A stretch of 32,000 nucleotides of DNA from Xylella taiwanensis (GTDB lineage Bacteria > Pseudomonadota > Gammaproteobacteria > Xanthomonadales > Xanthomonadaceae), in the NCBI RefSeq assembly GCF_013177435.1, contig NZ_CP053627.1:1350001-1382000 (forward strand). Reading direction: 5' to 3'. This document shows, one piece after another, positions 18,316 through 26,895 of this stretch. Numbering within the stretch: position 1 is the stretch's first letter; each line of letters begins with the position of its first letter. Made by a program: the position numbers and the translations under genes. The notes below the pieces were generated by a model. It was not told the DNA's origin, did not search any database, and saw nothing but the letters and a program-made list of their open reading frames with translations.

Positions 18316-19840
18316 TTAAATGTTGTTGCGTAATGCAACACGTTGTTGATTTACCAACGTGTCACCATCCACCATTTCGATTACGGCACATCGAGCCTCG
18401 TGTTCATGTTGAGGTCTAGCTAGCCATAAAGGGTTAACGTGTTCCCAGATCAGCGGTGTCAGGGCAGTGTAGTCGCGCTGTGTGAACCTGCCTTGCCAGT
18501 GCGGTAGTGCCAGAATATTTTGATCATCAGGGTATTGACGTACGACCATGCAATTCTGGATCAGGTGCAGCGTTCGAGCATGCTGACCTCATGATCCGCG
18601 CAGAGCGGTTGCTGTGCCATTTCACTCCGACGGACAAAGAAAACGAAATCGATTGCACCATTTTTGCGAGTTGATCGCCTTCAACTATGGCAGCGACTGA
18701 AAACCCAGCAGTCGACAGAAGGCGAATGCGACTATAGCTTTGGCCATACGAATCGACATACTGACGATCACCTCTATCTCGGTACAGTCGTGGATCACGC
18801 CCTCAATTATCGACGCAATTTCCGACGACGACGGCGACTTGAGCTGAGAGTGGATGTACAGTGGATTACGCTCGACCTGTCAGTAGATCATGATGCCGCG
18901 ATTGCGTGGTGAGGTTCTGATCCCAGGCACCGAAGTGTTTGGAGTCGGATGTGCAGGCTGTAGTGCCACGGCCCCAGATCACCGTATTACACGCCGTCGG
19001 CGACGCTGATGACTAAGCAGCGCATCACCTCTACGCCGATAGAGCGGCAGTGCACATAGACCAGGTCTTAGCTGTTGTGCCGGAATCCAGTCCGGCCATT
19101 CGTTGGTTAGGTGGCCGTTGGTTAGGTGGCATTGAGTTCGGTCTTGAGTGCAGTCAGGTTGGGTAGATCAGGGTGCGTGTCGAGCGGTGTCAATGTGATC
19201 TAATCGCCGCTCTTGCTGCTCAGCCTGACATAAGTGTTCTTCTTCAGGCTTATGTTGAAGGTGGAGAACGCATTCGTAAGTGACGCGATCTCGATCCCAA
19301 CATGCGCCATCTGATTTCTCCGTCACGGCTTTGCACCATAGGCCACGTACGACGCCTTTGAGCGGCACTTTTTCGTTTGTTGGGAAAGTGTGTACCTTGG
19401 TGTGGACGAAATGCTTCACTAGAGCAGCCTCGTCCTGTGCGGTATCGTCTATGCCCGCTTTCTCTGGATCCAGCAAAGCATCCAAATGCTCGCGCGTTCG
19501 GACGACAGGCCACTCAAAGAGGCCATAATGGAAGTGGTTTACGTGAGTACACAAAGTGCTGCTGTCGACCTCAGGTGCAACCAGGCGATTAGCATATCGG
19601 CATCAGCTACCGTTGCTTCACGGCAGCCGGGAGGAAGGCTTCGCTGTCAATCGGCGCAGGCACGTCGAGTTGTTTGCTGAACACCGCAATGCCGTGCGCT
19701 TCAACACTTCGCTTTTGTCTCTGGGAAAACGGCCGCACTCGCGGAAGAAGGTCAGCAGGATGCGCGAAGCCAAGGCGGTTAGTACGATTCTTGGACATTA
19801 CCAGTTCGTGCTCTGCCGGTACCAGTTGCCGTCTGCCATG
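18316..19840 (-). pseudogene. tnpA: Tn3-family transposase (TnpA) relic with frameshifts, an in-frame stop, a 15-bp duplication and internal deletions
   Basis: Minus-strand fragments in several frames match recalled Tn3-family blocks.
- c19834-19607: LVPAEHELVMSKNRTNRLGFA...AVFSKQLDVP (DUF4158-type N-terminus).
- c19554-19168: PLKGVVRGLWCKAV....DRVTYECVLHL.
- c18979-18911: [23 protein letters not shown].
- c18900-18720: [41 protein letters not shown], with TGA at c18882-18880 where the family has Trp.
- c18720-18685: FCRLLGFQSLP.
- c18549-18316: ALTPLIWEHVNP.
Only about 1.5 kb remains of the ~3 kb expected. Confidence 0.8.
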
Positions 19841-19911
19841 CTACTACGTCTTCTTTTTTGAGGATGCGGACTAACCGACCCACCTTACATGCATTACGAA
19901 AATGTAGCTCC

Positions 19912-20214
19912 ATGTCTAAACATACTGTTGTCCGTGCCCACATTGACGAGCACATCCAGTAACAGGCATCGACCGTGCTGGCAGCGATTTCAGGCGCGAC
20001 TACAAGAGATCAAGGGGCAGCACCGCACCGCGCTCAATCTAGAACTGATGCCCGTTGTCAAAGCATTGGCGTACGACCAGCCACTAGAGCCACCTCATTC
20101 CGATCATGCACTGACTGGCAACTAGAAAGGCACCGGGACTGCCACGTCACACCTGAGCTGGTGTTGATATAGCAGCTCGTACGCCTCGGCTCTCATCGCG
20201 AGCTTGGCTTGTGA
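19912..20214 (+). pseudogene. DinJ/RelB-type antitoxin N-terminus fused by deletion to a YafQ/RelE-type toxin relic
   Basis: From ATG 19912 the reading is MSKHTVVRAHIDEHIQ, then TAA (19960-19962), then QASTVLAA. Compare DinJ ..VRARIDEDLKNQAADVLA as recalled. Downstream frames give ...LMPVVKALAYDQPLEPPHSDHALTGN-TAG(20123-20125)-KG, then in another frame RHRDCHVTPELVLI-TAG(20170-20172)-QLVRLGSHRELGL-TGA(20212-20214). This fits the RelE/YafQ consensus DH.L.G.W.G.R.CH..PD..LIY.....L.L.R.GSH..L. Confidence 0.65.
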
Positions 20215-20488
20215 CCAGGCTGCACAAGACAAGTATCGGCAGTTCCGTTCTGGCGTAAAGTCCCAGGATGAATCAAAAAATGCTTTGGCTACCAGCGCAA
20301 CGATGTCTGTCATGGCGACGCCGAGCAGCATCATTTTAAGTATCTCAACTTTACGTTTAAGCGAACGAAGCGTGTAGAAGCGTTGGTCTACCCCACAGAT
20401 GTGTCTCGTGTAAGCTGTCATGGTGCAAAGCGACACTTCTGTTTCCGGTCTGTGCAAGGGACTCAGGATAGAGGGTGAACTCAGGGAT

Positions 20489-20518
20489 TACGAAAAGCGG
20501 GGCCTTGGTTTAGGCCCC
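20489..20518 (-). terminator. Probable intrinsic terminator downstream of cbhA
   Basis: GGGGCC (20499-20504) pairs with GGCCCC (20513-20518) over an 8-nt loop. On the minus strand the hairpin is followed by GCTTTTCG. It lies about 90 nt after the cbhA stop. Confidence 0.55.
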
Positions 20519-20607
20519 TCCCACAAACGTCGCATTATCTTTGGACACGGCGTACTGCCGTCGTACCCGCTCCGGCGGCGGTGTGCCGCCGGAGTGGGAA
20601 AGACACC

Positions 20608-22584
20608 TCAATATGACCCACAGAAGCCGAATTCGGCCGTTGAATTCGGCATTCCACTCGGCGCCAGCGTCTTGTTCCAGTCCATACCAGAAGCGGTGAG
20701 CGTGGTACCGTTCTGTGACCACTGTGCATTCCAGAGGTTCTCGACCTTGCCCTTCATCGGAACCTGGACGGTCCAGGTATTGCGACTGTTTCCGGTATTA
20801 GTCACCTGGACACGTTGGCAATAACCCGTGCCCCAATCGGTATCCATGATGGTAGTAACATTAAAAGAGCCACTAGAGCTGGAACCACCAGAGCTGGAAC
20901 CACCAGAGCTGGAACCACTGGAGCTGGAACCACCAGAGCTGGAACCACCAGAGCTGGAACTACTGGAGCTGGAACTACTGGAGCTGGAACTACTGGAGCT
21001 GGAACTACTGGAGCTGGAACTACTGGAGCTGGAACTACTGGAGCTGGAACTACTGGAGCTGGAACTACTGGAGCTGGAACTACTGGAGCTGGAACTACTG
21101 GAGCTGGAGCTACCAGAACTGGAGTCACCTGATTTGGAGTCTCCGGATTTGGAGTCTCCGGATTTGGAATCAGGAACACCAGAACTAGAACTTGAAGAAC
21201 GTTCTATGGCGGGATAAGCATTGTTAATTAACATTACAAATTGATCATGAAACCAGGCACCAGCGATTGGAGCGTTAGGCAATGCACCTGTTAACGTGCC
21301 ATCTGGTGTTACATAGGTAGGGTCACAGTACCGGTCAAAGCCTTTACCTTCATCATTCGGAATAAGTGAACTAGAACCATCAGATTCGCCTGGAGCTTTA
21401 ACCCATACAAGAGCATCTAAATGACCACCTGGAGTTGCATTTGGAGGTAAACCGATACCTGCTCCGCTCTGATTACACCAGTTACCACGGTGAAGACGAC
21501 GATCTATACGTCCAGAGTTTACATAAGTATTGACATCATTTCCGAAAGCGCCAGTGGGACGTTGAGATCCACCCCATCCGTCGCGCCCAGTATCAGTTAA
21601 AAATCCAATACTACGTGGCCAGCCTGCAGCGACAAAATCGTTATACAAAACTTCTACATAATCAACTTCATCAAAATAACGATTCCATTCGTAGAATTTT
21701 GCTGATCTAATAGGTTGTCCACCCACATTGAGATCAGAATTAGGGAGATTCGGTTCAATCAGCGGTGTGTAGTTTGCTGTATCGGTAACAAAACCATTTA
21801 CACTAGCAAAGCCTGCTGTAGTACCTTGAATTAGCTTTGTGTACAAACCGATTGTTGGTATCCGGTTGTTATCCCATCCCAACCAGGCAGAGTGAGCGAT
21901 ATCCAAGTAATTGTATGCATTTGGAATCTCAGCAAGTTTGTTAAGCGCATATTTTATGCCTTCTTCATAAATTCCTGTAGAGCTTGCTTTAGCACAACTC
22001 GGAGTATTCATGTTAGTGACAAGGTTGGGCAAACTATCCGGTTCAATTACATTAACAATACGGATATCTTTATATTTTGGATTTGCAAAAATATTGGCAA
22101 TTACATCAATGTATTCTGTTTTATAACGCTGCAAACCTGCTGGAGTTAAAGGCAGTTCGCCATTAGAAGCTAATGCGTGACAATCGCGCCCAGGTATATC
22201 ATAAATAACAAAGAGTGCTGTAATAGGCGTATTTCCTTTTTTCTGTGCTAATGCAGCATCCAAATGACCTATTAGACCAAGACGGCCTCCATTTTTCACA
22301 CCGCCGTCTATCGCAGCAATCCTATCAAGCCAGATCCCTGTAGGATAGGACTTCACGGTTTCCATTTTTGCTTTTAATGAAGCATCACTTACTTTCGCAA
22401 TTGAAGTATCAACTGCTTTTGCATAATCTGGATTCACATAAGCAGTCGCGCCAACGAACGGGTTATCGACATGATCTTCAGCGTAAACAACTGGAGTTGA
22501 TAATAGGCTTCCAGTGAGGAGTAAAACAGACGTCGTATATTTCAAGGTTTTCAAGATGCTTTGAGGGAATTTCAAATTATTCAC
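20608..22584 (-). CDS. cbhA: Secreted GH6 cellulose 1,4-beta-cellobiosidase with a long poly-Ser linker and C-terminal CBM2
   Basis: A GTG start at c22584 has GAGGA 5 nt upstream. The signal peptide is ...LLSTPVVYA/ED. GH6 signatures are VIYDIPGRDCHALASNGE and VIEPDSLPNLVTN. The linker is a (KSGDS)3, Ser-run, (SSGGS)n sequence. The C-terminal ~100 aa carry CBM2-type aromatic and Cys positions (WGTGYCQRV.VTN....W.V.......W.A........A...WN..L......FGFCG). Confidence 0.9.
   Translation of the reverse strand: MNNLKFPQSILKTLKYTTSVLLLTGSLLSTPVVYAEDHVDNPFVGATAYVNPDYAKAVDTSIAKVSDASLKAKMETVKSYPTGIWLDRIAAIDGGVKNGGRLGLIGHLDAALAQKKGNTPITALFVIYDIPGRDCHALASNGELPLTPAGLQRYKTEYIDVIANIFANPKYKDIRIVNVIEPDSLPNLVTNMNTPSCAKASSTGIYEEGIKYALNKLAEIPNAYNYLDIAHSAWLGWDNNRIPTIGLYTKLIQGTTAGFASVNGFVTDTANYTPLIEPNLPNSDLNVGGQPIRSAKFYEWNRYFDEVDYVEVLYNDFVAAGWPRSIGFLTDTGRDGWGGSQRPTGAFGNDVNTYVNSGRIDRRLHRGNWCNQSGAGIGLPPNATPGGHLDALVWVKAPGESDGSSSLIPNDEGKGFDRYCDPTYVTPDGTLTGALPNAPIAGAWFHDQFVMLINNAYPAIERSSSSSSGVPDSKSGDSKSGDSKSGDSSSGSSSSSSSSSSSSSSSSSSSSSSSSSSSSSSSSSSSSSSSSSSSSSSSSSSSSSSGGSSSGGSSSSGSSSGGSSSGGSSSSGSFNVTTIMDTDWGTGYCQRVQVTNTGNSRNTWTVQVPMKGKVENLWNAQWSQNGTTLTASGMDWNKTLAPSGMPNSTAEFGFCGSY
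20881..21165 (-). repeat. 15-bp periodic coding array (19 units) encoding the Ser/Gly linker of CbhA
   Basis: On the plus strand there are five GGAACCAC(C/T)(A/G)GAGCT units (20881-20955). Ten identical GGAACTACTGGAGCT units follow (20956-21105), each encoding SSSSS on the minus strand. One variant follows, then three GGAGTC(A/T)CC(T/G)GATTT units encoding KSGDS (21121-21165). Confidence 0.95.
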
Positions 22585-22670
22585 CTTATTCCTCAGTAAT
22601 TTTATGGATGGTCTTTAAACATGACGTTATCTTTATGATTGGCTTGCTTGTTCCCCTTATTAGTTAAAAT

Positions 22671-23188
22671 AGAGAGTCGGGTTGAATTTCATTCAAAAAA
22701 TAAATTTATAGTTGCTGAATATGCCATGCAGCTTTGAGGCTGGATTTTAAAATGACCTCATCTTATTTAATGTGAAATAAACCTAAGATGCGCTGAATTT
22801 AAGCCATCGTCATAATGGATAAAGTTATTCCCTCAAAAGTTAAGGAGTCAGATTGAATCTGCAATTCAACAAAACAATAAATTTATAGTTGCTGAATATG
22901 CCATGCAATTTTGAAGCTGAATTTAAAATAATCTCATCTTATTTGAATATAAAATAAACCTGCGGCACACTGAATTTAGGCCGTCATCGGGATGGATAAA
23001 GTTATTCCCTCAAAAGTTAAGGAGTCAGATTGAATCTGCAATTCAACAAAACAATAAATTTATAGTTGCTGAATATGCCATGCAATTTTGAAGCTGAATT
23101 TAAAATAATCTCATCTTATTTGAATATAAAATAAACCTGCGGCACACTGAATTTAGGCCGTCATCGGGATGGATAAAGTTATTCCCTC
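22671..23188. repeat. 177-bp tandem repeat, about 3 units, in the AT-rich region upstream of cbhA
   Basis: Perfect 177-bp periodicity runs from 22817 to 23188 (22817-23011 is identical to 22994-23188 by eye). One diverged unit lies at about 22671-22816. Each unit carries an inverted repeat TTGAAT..ATTCAA (22682-22696, 22853-22869, 23030-23046). Confidence 0.9.
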
Positions 23189-23865
23189 GAGAATATCAGA
23201 TTCGAGAAACATTGTATTTACGCATAAAAAGCGTGCGGAGATTCTCAAAACAGGTTTCGCCGTTTTAATTCATCACAAATCAAAAGAAATATGCTAAACA
23301 GGATCAAATAGTGAAATGGTTAACAAAATAGGAGTATCAAAACAAGCAATGTCGAGTTACCACAAAGAAACACCATCATTGACACTCCGTGTATCACACT
23401 CAGATGGATTGCAATGTTTAGCAATCCCGAATCAGGACAGCTTCGCTAAACTGATCTGCCTGAGGTGACATGTAACATCAACGTCACCCTTCCAGTCCAT
23501 CGTTTTTTCAGCAGCCGTTGAAAGTGCCGATCGCCCGCTTTCCAGGATGAAAAGTCGTTGTGTAGTGTGCGACCCAATGCAAAGTGTTAAACATTATCTT
23601 CAGTATCTGCATGGGTTACAGCGTCTGTTCATTCATCAGTACAGCAACGTCCATGTTTCATTGTTCATGTTGGGGTGGAGACAGATCACAGGAAATAATG
23701 CGTAGCCACCAGCACAAGTAGCCACCAGCACAACTGGATCACAATGCGTAACGCTTTCCAGAGAACCTAACCTCAAGCTTTCAATTCAGGCAGCAGAGTC
23801 TCAGCTGATGTCTGAAGTTCGATACTTCAGGGACAAGCCATGACCAGGATGTGCGGTGCGTCGAG

Positions 23866-25425
23866 TCAGGCCATTGCTGCGTCTTGTGTACTTTGTACAT
23901 TAGCTGGTTTACGCAGCAAACGGTTGGCTACATCCAGCCAAGCGAGCGCACTGGCTTCGATAATGTCCTTGCTGGTACCGGTGCCTTCGTATGGAGTATC
24001 GTTGTGGCGCACACTGAGGTTGGCTTCACCACGTGCATCGGTACCGATACCGACACTGTGTACCTGATAGCTGTCCAACTCCAGTTTGACTCCGGTTGCT
24101 GCAGCGAGTGCTCCGAACAGTGCGTCTACTGGGCCGTTGCCTTGTGCAGTTTCGGCCACACGATGACCTTGGGGATCGGATAATTCCACCAGTGCGTTGG
24201 CTCGGTTACCGACATCGCTGATTGTCATTGATGCCAAGCGGTAGCCATTCTGCATGGTCGTATCTTGCATCAGCGCTTGCAGGTCGACATCGGTGACCAA
24301 ACGCTGTTTCTCGCAAAGCTGTTTGAACTGCTCGAATACCAGCTTGAGCTCTTCTTCCTCCAGCAAGTAGCCCAGCGCACGTAGACGCTGTTCGACTGCA
24401 GCACGCCCGCTATGACGGCCGAGCACCATGTGCGAACACATCCAACCCACCTCTTGTGGACGCATGATCTCGTAGGTACCACGGTGGCGCAGCATACCGT
24501 GTTGGTGGATACCCGACTCATGTGCAAATGCATTGGCACCCACGACCGCCTTGTTGCGTTGCACCGGCATACCAACCAATCGTTGCAGCAATTGGGAGGT
24601 GGAGACGATATGTGATGTGTGGATTGCAGTATCAATGTTGTAAAACGCATTGCGTACTTTCAATACCATGGTGATTTCTTCTAGCGCACAGTTGCCAGCA
24701 CGCTCGCCAATGCCGTTGATAGTGCATTCGATCTGACGTGCGCCACCCTGAATCGCTGCCAGCGAGTTGGCGACCGCCACCCCCAGATCGTTGTGGCAGT
24801 GCGCACTAAAGATCACATTGTCTGCATCTGTGACGCTCGCGATGATACGCGTAAACATGTTGCGGATTTCTTCCGGCGTGGCGAACCCAACGGTATCTGG
24901 CAGGTTGATCGTGGTTGCACCTGCAGCGATTGCTACACGGGTAACCTCGATCAGGAAGTCCTCCTCGGTGCGGGTCGCATCCTCGGCCGAGAATTCCACA
25001 TCGTCGATGAAACGGCGACTGAGGCTCACGTGCTTGTGCACCGATTCCAGCACTTGTTCCTTGGTCATGCGCAGCTTGTGCTCGCGGTGTAGTGGGCTGG
25101 TTGACAGGAACACATGCAAGCGTGGTTTGGCGGCTGATTCCAATGCACGTGCTGAAGTCTCGATATCGGCTTGCAAACAACGTGACAGCACCGCTAGCGT
25201 TGGTCTGCGTAATTCGCGACCGATCAGCGTCATCGCTTCGTAATCAGATTGGGAACTGGCTGGGAAACCAGTTTCGATGATGTCCACGCCCAGTGCATCT
25301 AGCGCGCGTGCCATGATCAGTTTTTGTTGCGAATGCATACTGCAACCGGGAGATTGCTCACCGTCCCGTAGCGTGGTATCGAAAATTCGGATACGAGGGG
25401 GCTGGTTGGATATGCTCGTGTTCAC
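23866..25425 (-). CDS. leuA: 2-isopropylmalate synthase
   Basis: A GTG start at c25425 has GAGGAG 9 nt upstream. Conserved blocks are [39 protein letters not shown] and the C-terminal LeuA dimerisation/regulatory domain. 519 aa. Confidence 0.95.
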   Translation of the reverse strand: MNTSISNQPPRIRIFDTTLRDGEQSPGCSMHSQQKLIMARALDALGVDIIETGFPASSQSDYEAMTLIGRELRRPTLAVLSRCLQADIETSARALESAAKPRLHVFLSTSPLHREHKLRMTKEQVLESVHKHVSLSRRFIDDVEFSAEDATRTEEDFLIEVTRVAIAAGATTINLPDTVGFATPEEIRNMFTRIIASVTDADNVIFSAHCHNDLGVAVANSLAAIQGGARQIECTINGIGERAGNCALEEITMVLKVRNAFYNIDTAIHTSHIVSTSQLLQRLVGMPVQRNKAVVGANAFAHESGIHQHGMLRHRGTYEIMRPQEVGWMCSHMVLGRHSGRAAVEQRLRALGYLLEEEELKLVFEQFKQLCEKQRLVTDVDLQALMQDTTMQNGYRLASMTISDVGNRANALVELSDPQGHRVAETAQGNGPVDALFGALAAATGVKLELDSYQVHSVGIGTDARGEANLSVRHNDTPYEGTGTSKDIIEASALAWLDVANRLLRKPANVQSTQDAAMA

Positions 25426-25479
25426 CAGTGAATACTCCTCTACAGCAGTGCCATTGACAGGCGTGGATATGGAACGGAA

Positions 25480-26532
25480 TCAGTTACGCGGGGCAGGGGC
25501 ATTGCCGGAATTGTTAGGACGATCTGCACTACGTTTGCGCGGCTTACGAGGTGGCTGCGGACGTACTTCGGACAACAGTCTGGCCAGTACTGCAGCGTCG
25601 ATGTTACCCCCGGAGACCACGGCGCACTTACGCTTACCTGCGACGCGGCGGCCAGCGGCCAGCGCTAGCGCGCCTGCCCCTTCGGCGATCAGGTGCTCTT
25701 CCAGTGCTAAGCGCACCAGTGTTTCACGCAATTCGGCTTCGCGCACAATCACCACGTCGTCCAACAAATTGGCACACAGACGCCGGGTAATGAAACCAGG
25801 AATTTTGACTTTCACCCCGTCCGCTAAGGTCGAAGCTGGAGCGATCTCGCGCGTGTCACCACGGATTGCACGTGCCATCGAATCGACGCCCTCGACTTGA
25901 GCCCCGATGACGCGTACTCCCTGTGAGCGGAGCACCAAAGCAACGCCGGAAGCAAGGCCGCCGCCGCCGATCGGCACGATCACCACGTCTGGGTCATGCG
26001 GGGTGATCTCTATACCAACGGTCCCTTGACCGGCGATCACGTCCGGATCATCGAACGCGGATAGAAAGCGATAATCGTTTTGCTCAGCTAACTCACATGC
26101 AAACGCATAGGCGTCGTCATAGCTTTGGCCGTGTTGGCGTACCGTGGCCCCCCAATGTGAGACACCGGCAATCTTCGTAGCCGGAGCGCCGTGAGGCATG
26201 ACGGTGATTGCTTGCATACCTAGTCGGTAAGCTGCCCAAGCCACGCCTTGGGCATGGTTGCCGGCTGAGGCGCAAATGACTGTGCGGTCATCGCCGCGTT
26301 CCAGCGCAACCAACATCGCGTTCAGCGCGCCGCGTACCTTATAGGAACCGGTGCGTTGCAGATTCTCCAACTTCAACATCACTCCAAAACGCTCAGCATA
26401 GTGAATCGGTGTAGGTGTCAGATAACGACGTAAACGGGCTTGTGCGGCCAACACATCGGCCACACTCACGGTGTTACTGTCGCTTACATTGGATTGTTTA
26501 ACGAAGGCATGACCCAAATCAGGTATATCCAT
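25480..26532 (-). CDS. tdcB: Threonine ammonia-lyase (dehydratase), short form without an ACT-like regulatory domain
   Basis: The PLP-lysine motif is LQRTGSYKVRGALN. ASAGNHAQGVAWAA and the glycine loop PIGGGGLASG are present. The catalytic fold ends near residue 320 and is followed by a basic Pro-rich tail. The preferred start is ATG c26532 (MDIPDLG). Confidence 0.85.
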   Translation of the reverse strand: MDIPDLGHAFVKQSNVSDSNTVSVADVLAAQARLRRYLTPTPIHYAERFGVMLKLENLQRTGSYKVRGALNAMLVALERGDDRTVICASAGNHAQGVAWAAYRLGMQAITVMPHGAPATKIAGVSHWGATVRQHGQSYDDAYAFACELAEQNDYRFLSAFDDPDVIAGQGTVGIEITPHDPDVVIVPIGGGGLASGVALVLRSQGVRVIGAQVEGVDSMARAIRGDTREIAPASTLADGVKVKIPGFITRRLCANLLDDVVIVREAELRETLVRLALEEHLIAEGAGALALAAGRRVAGKRKCAVVSGGNIDAAVLARLLSEVRPQPPRKPRKRSADRPNNSGNAPAPRN

Positions 26533-26649
26533 GTAGCTATACACCCTGATGACCAGCAAACATCATTACGAGATGCCATGCTGGCTTATGCCTGCAAAGA
26601 AAATCTAGCGGCAGTATTGCGCGCGGTATAGCACTTAGTACCCTGCAAT

Positions 26650-26895
26650 TCATGCCGCTTCCAGGGCGGTAATTGCTACTGATTCGCAGTCGTATACTTT
26701 CTCCAGTTGCAAGCGTAGCGTCTCTGGTGAGCGCGAGCCGTCTACGACCATTTGAAGGTGCCAGCGGCCTGCATCGTTAACGACAGTGCTGCCGTGGATC
26801 GCGCAGGCGCGGAAACCGCGGCGTTCAGTCATGCCAAGCACACGCAGTATTGCACCTTCGGCGGGCTTGAGGACCAGATCAAGCCGGTATTGCAT
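26650..26895 (-). CDS. ilvM: Acetolactate synthase small (regulatory) subunit, IlvM-like ACT domain
   Basis: 81 aa from ATG c26895: MQYRLDLVLKPAEGAILRVLGMTERRGF.... Size, ACT-like pattern and position immediately after the large subunit fit IlvM. The start overlaps the ilvG 3' end by 17 nt. Confidence 0.65.
   Translation of the reverse strand: MQYRLDLVLKPAEGAILRVLGMTERRGFRACAIHGSTVVNDAGRWHLQMVVDGSRSPETLRLQLEKVYDCESVAITALEAA

Noticed and set aside
18091-19884. GGGG-initiated sequences as candidate Tn3 terminal inverted repeats. One is GGGGCGAGATCCTTACC at 18091 on plus. The other is GGTGGGTCGGTTAGTCC read inward from 19884 on minus.
   Set aside because: The two are not convincingly similar to each other, and no 5-bp target duplication flanks them (GCTTT versus TTACA). 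The 19884 site lies between tnpA and the TA relic, where a res/promoter region rather than an end is expected. The true ends are probably lost.
20122-20457. A 111-codon minus-strand ORF (MHRPETEVSLCTMTAYTRHICGVDQRFYTLRSLKRKVEILKMMLLGVAMTDIVALVAKAFF...) next to the TA relic. I considered it as a resolvase or other transposon passenger.
   Set aside because: Its 3' third is simply the antisense of the toxin relic. The remainder has no serine- or tyrosine-recombinase motifs that I can recognise. It is left unassigned rather than called.
20802-21217. Three long ORFs across the cbhA linker: c20802..21179 (PVV repeats), 20815..21132 (GTT/GAGTT repeats) and 20828..21217 (ELLEL repeats).
   Set aside because: They are alternative-frame readings of the 15-bp periodic array, which is stop-free in these frames. 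They have homopolymer-like composition, no start context and no independent evidence. The cbhA frame is the one flanked by GH6 and CBM2 domains.
22671-23188. A CRISPR array as an explanation for the regularly spaced repeats.
   Set aside because: The period is 177 bp with no unique spacers, since whole units are identical. There are no cas genes, and the units are AT-rich and far longer than CRISPR repeats.
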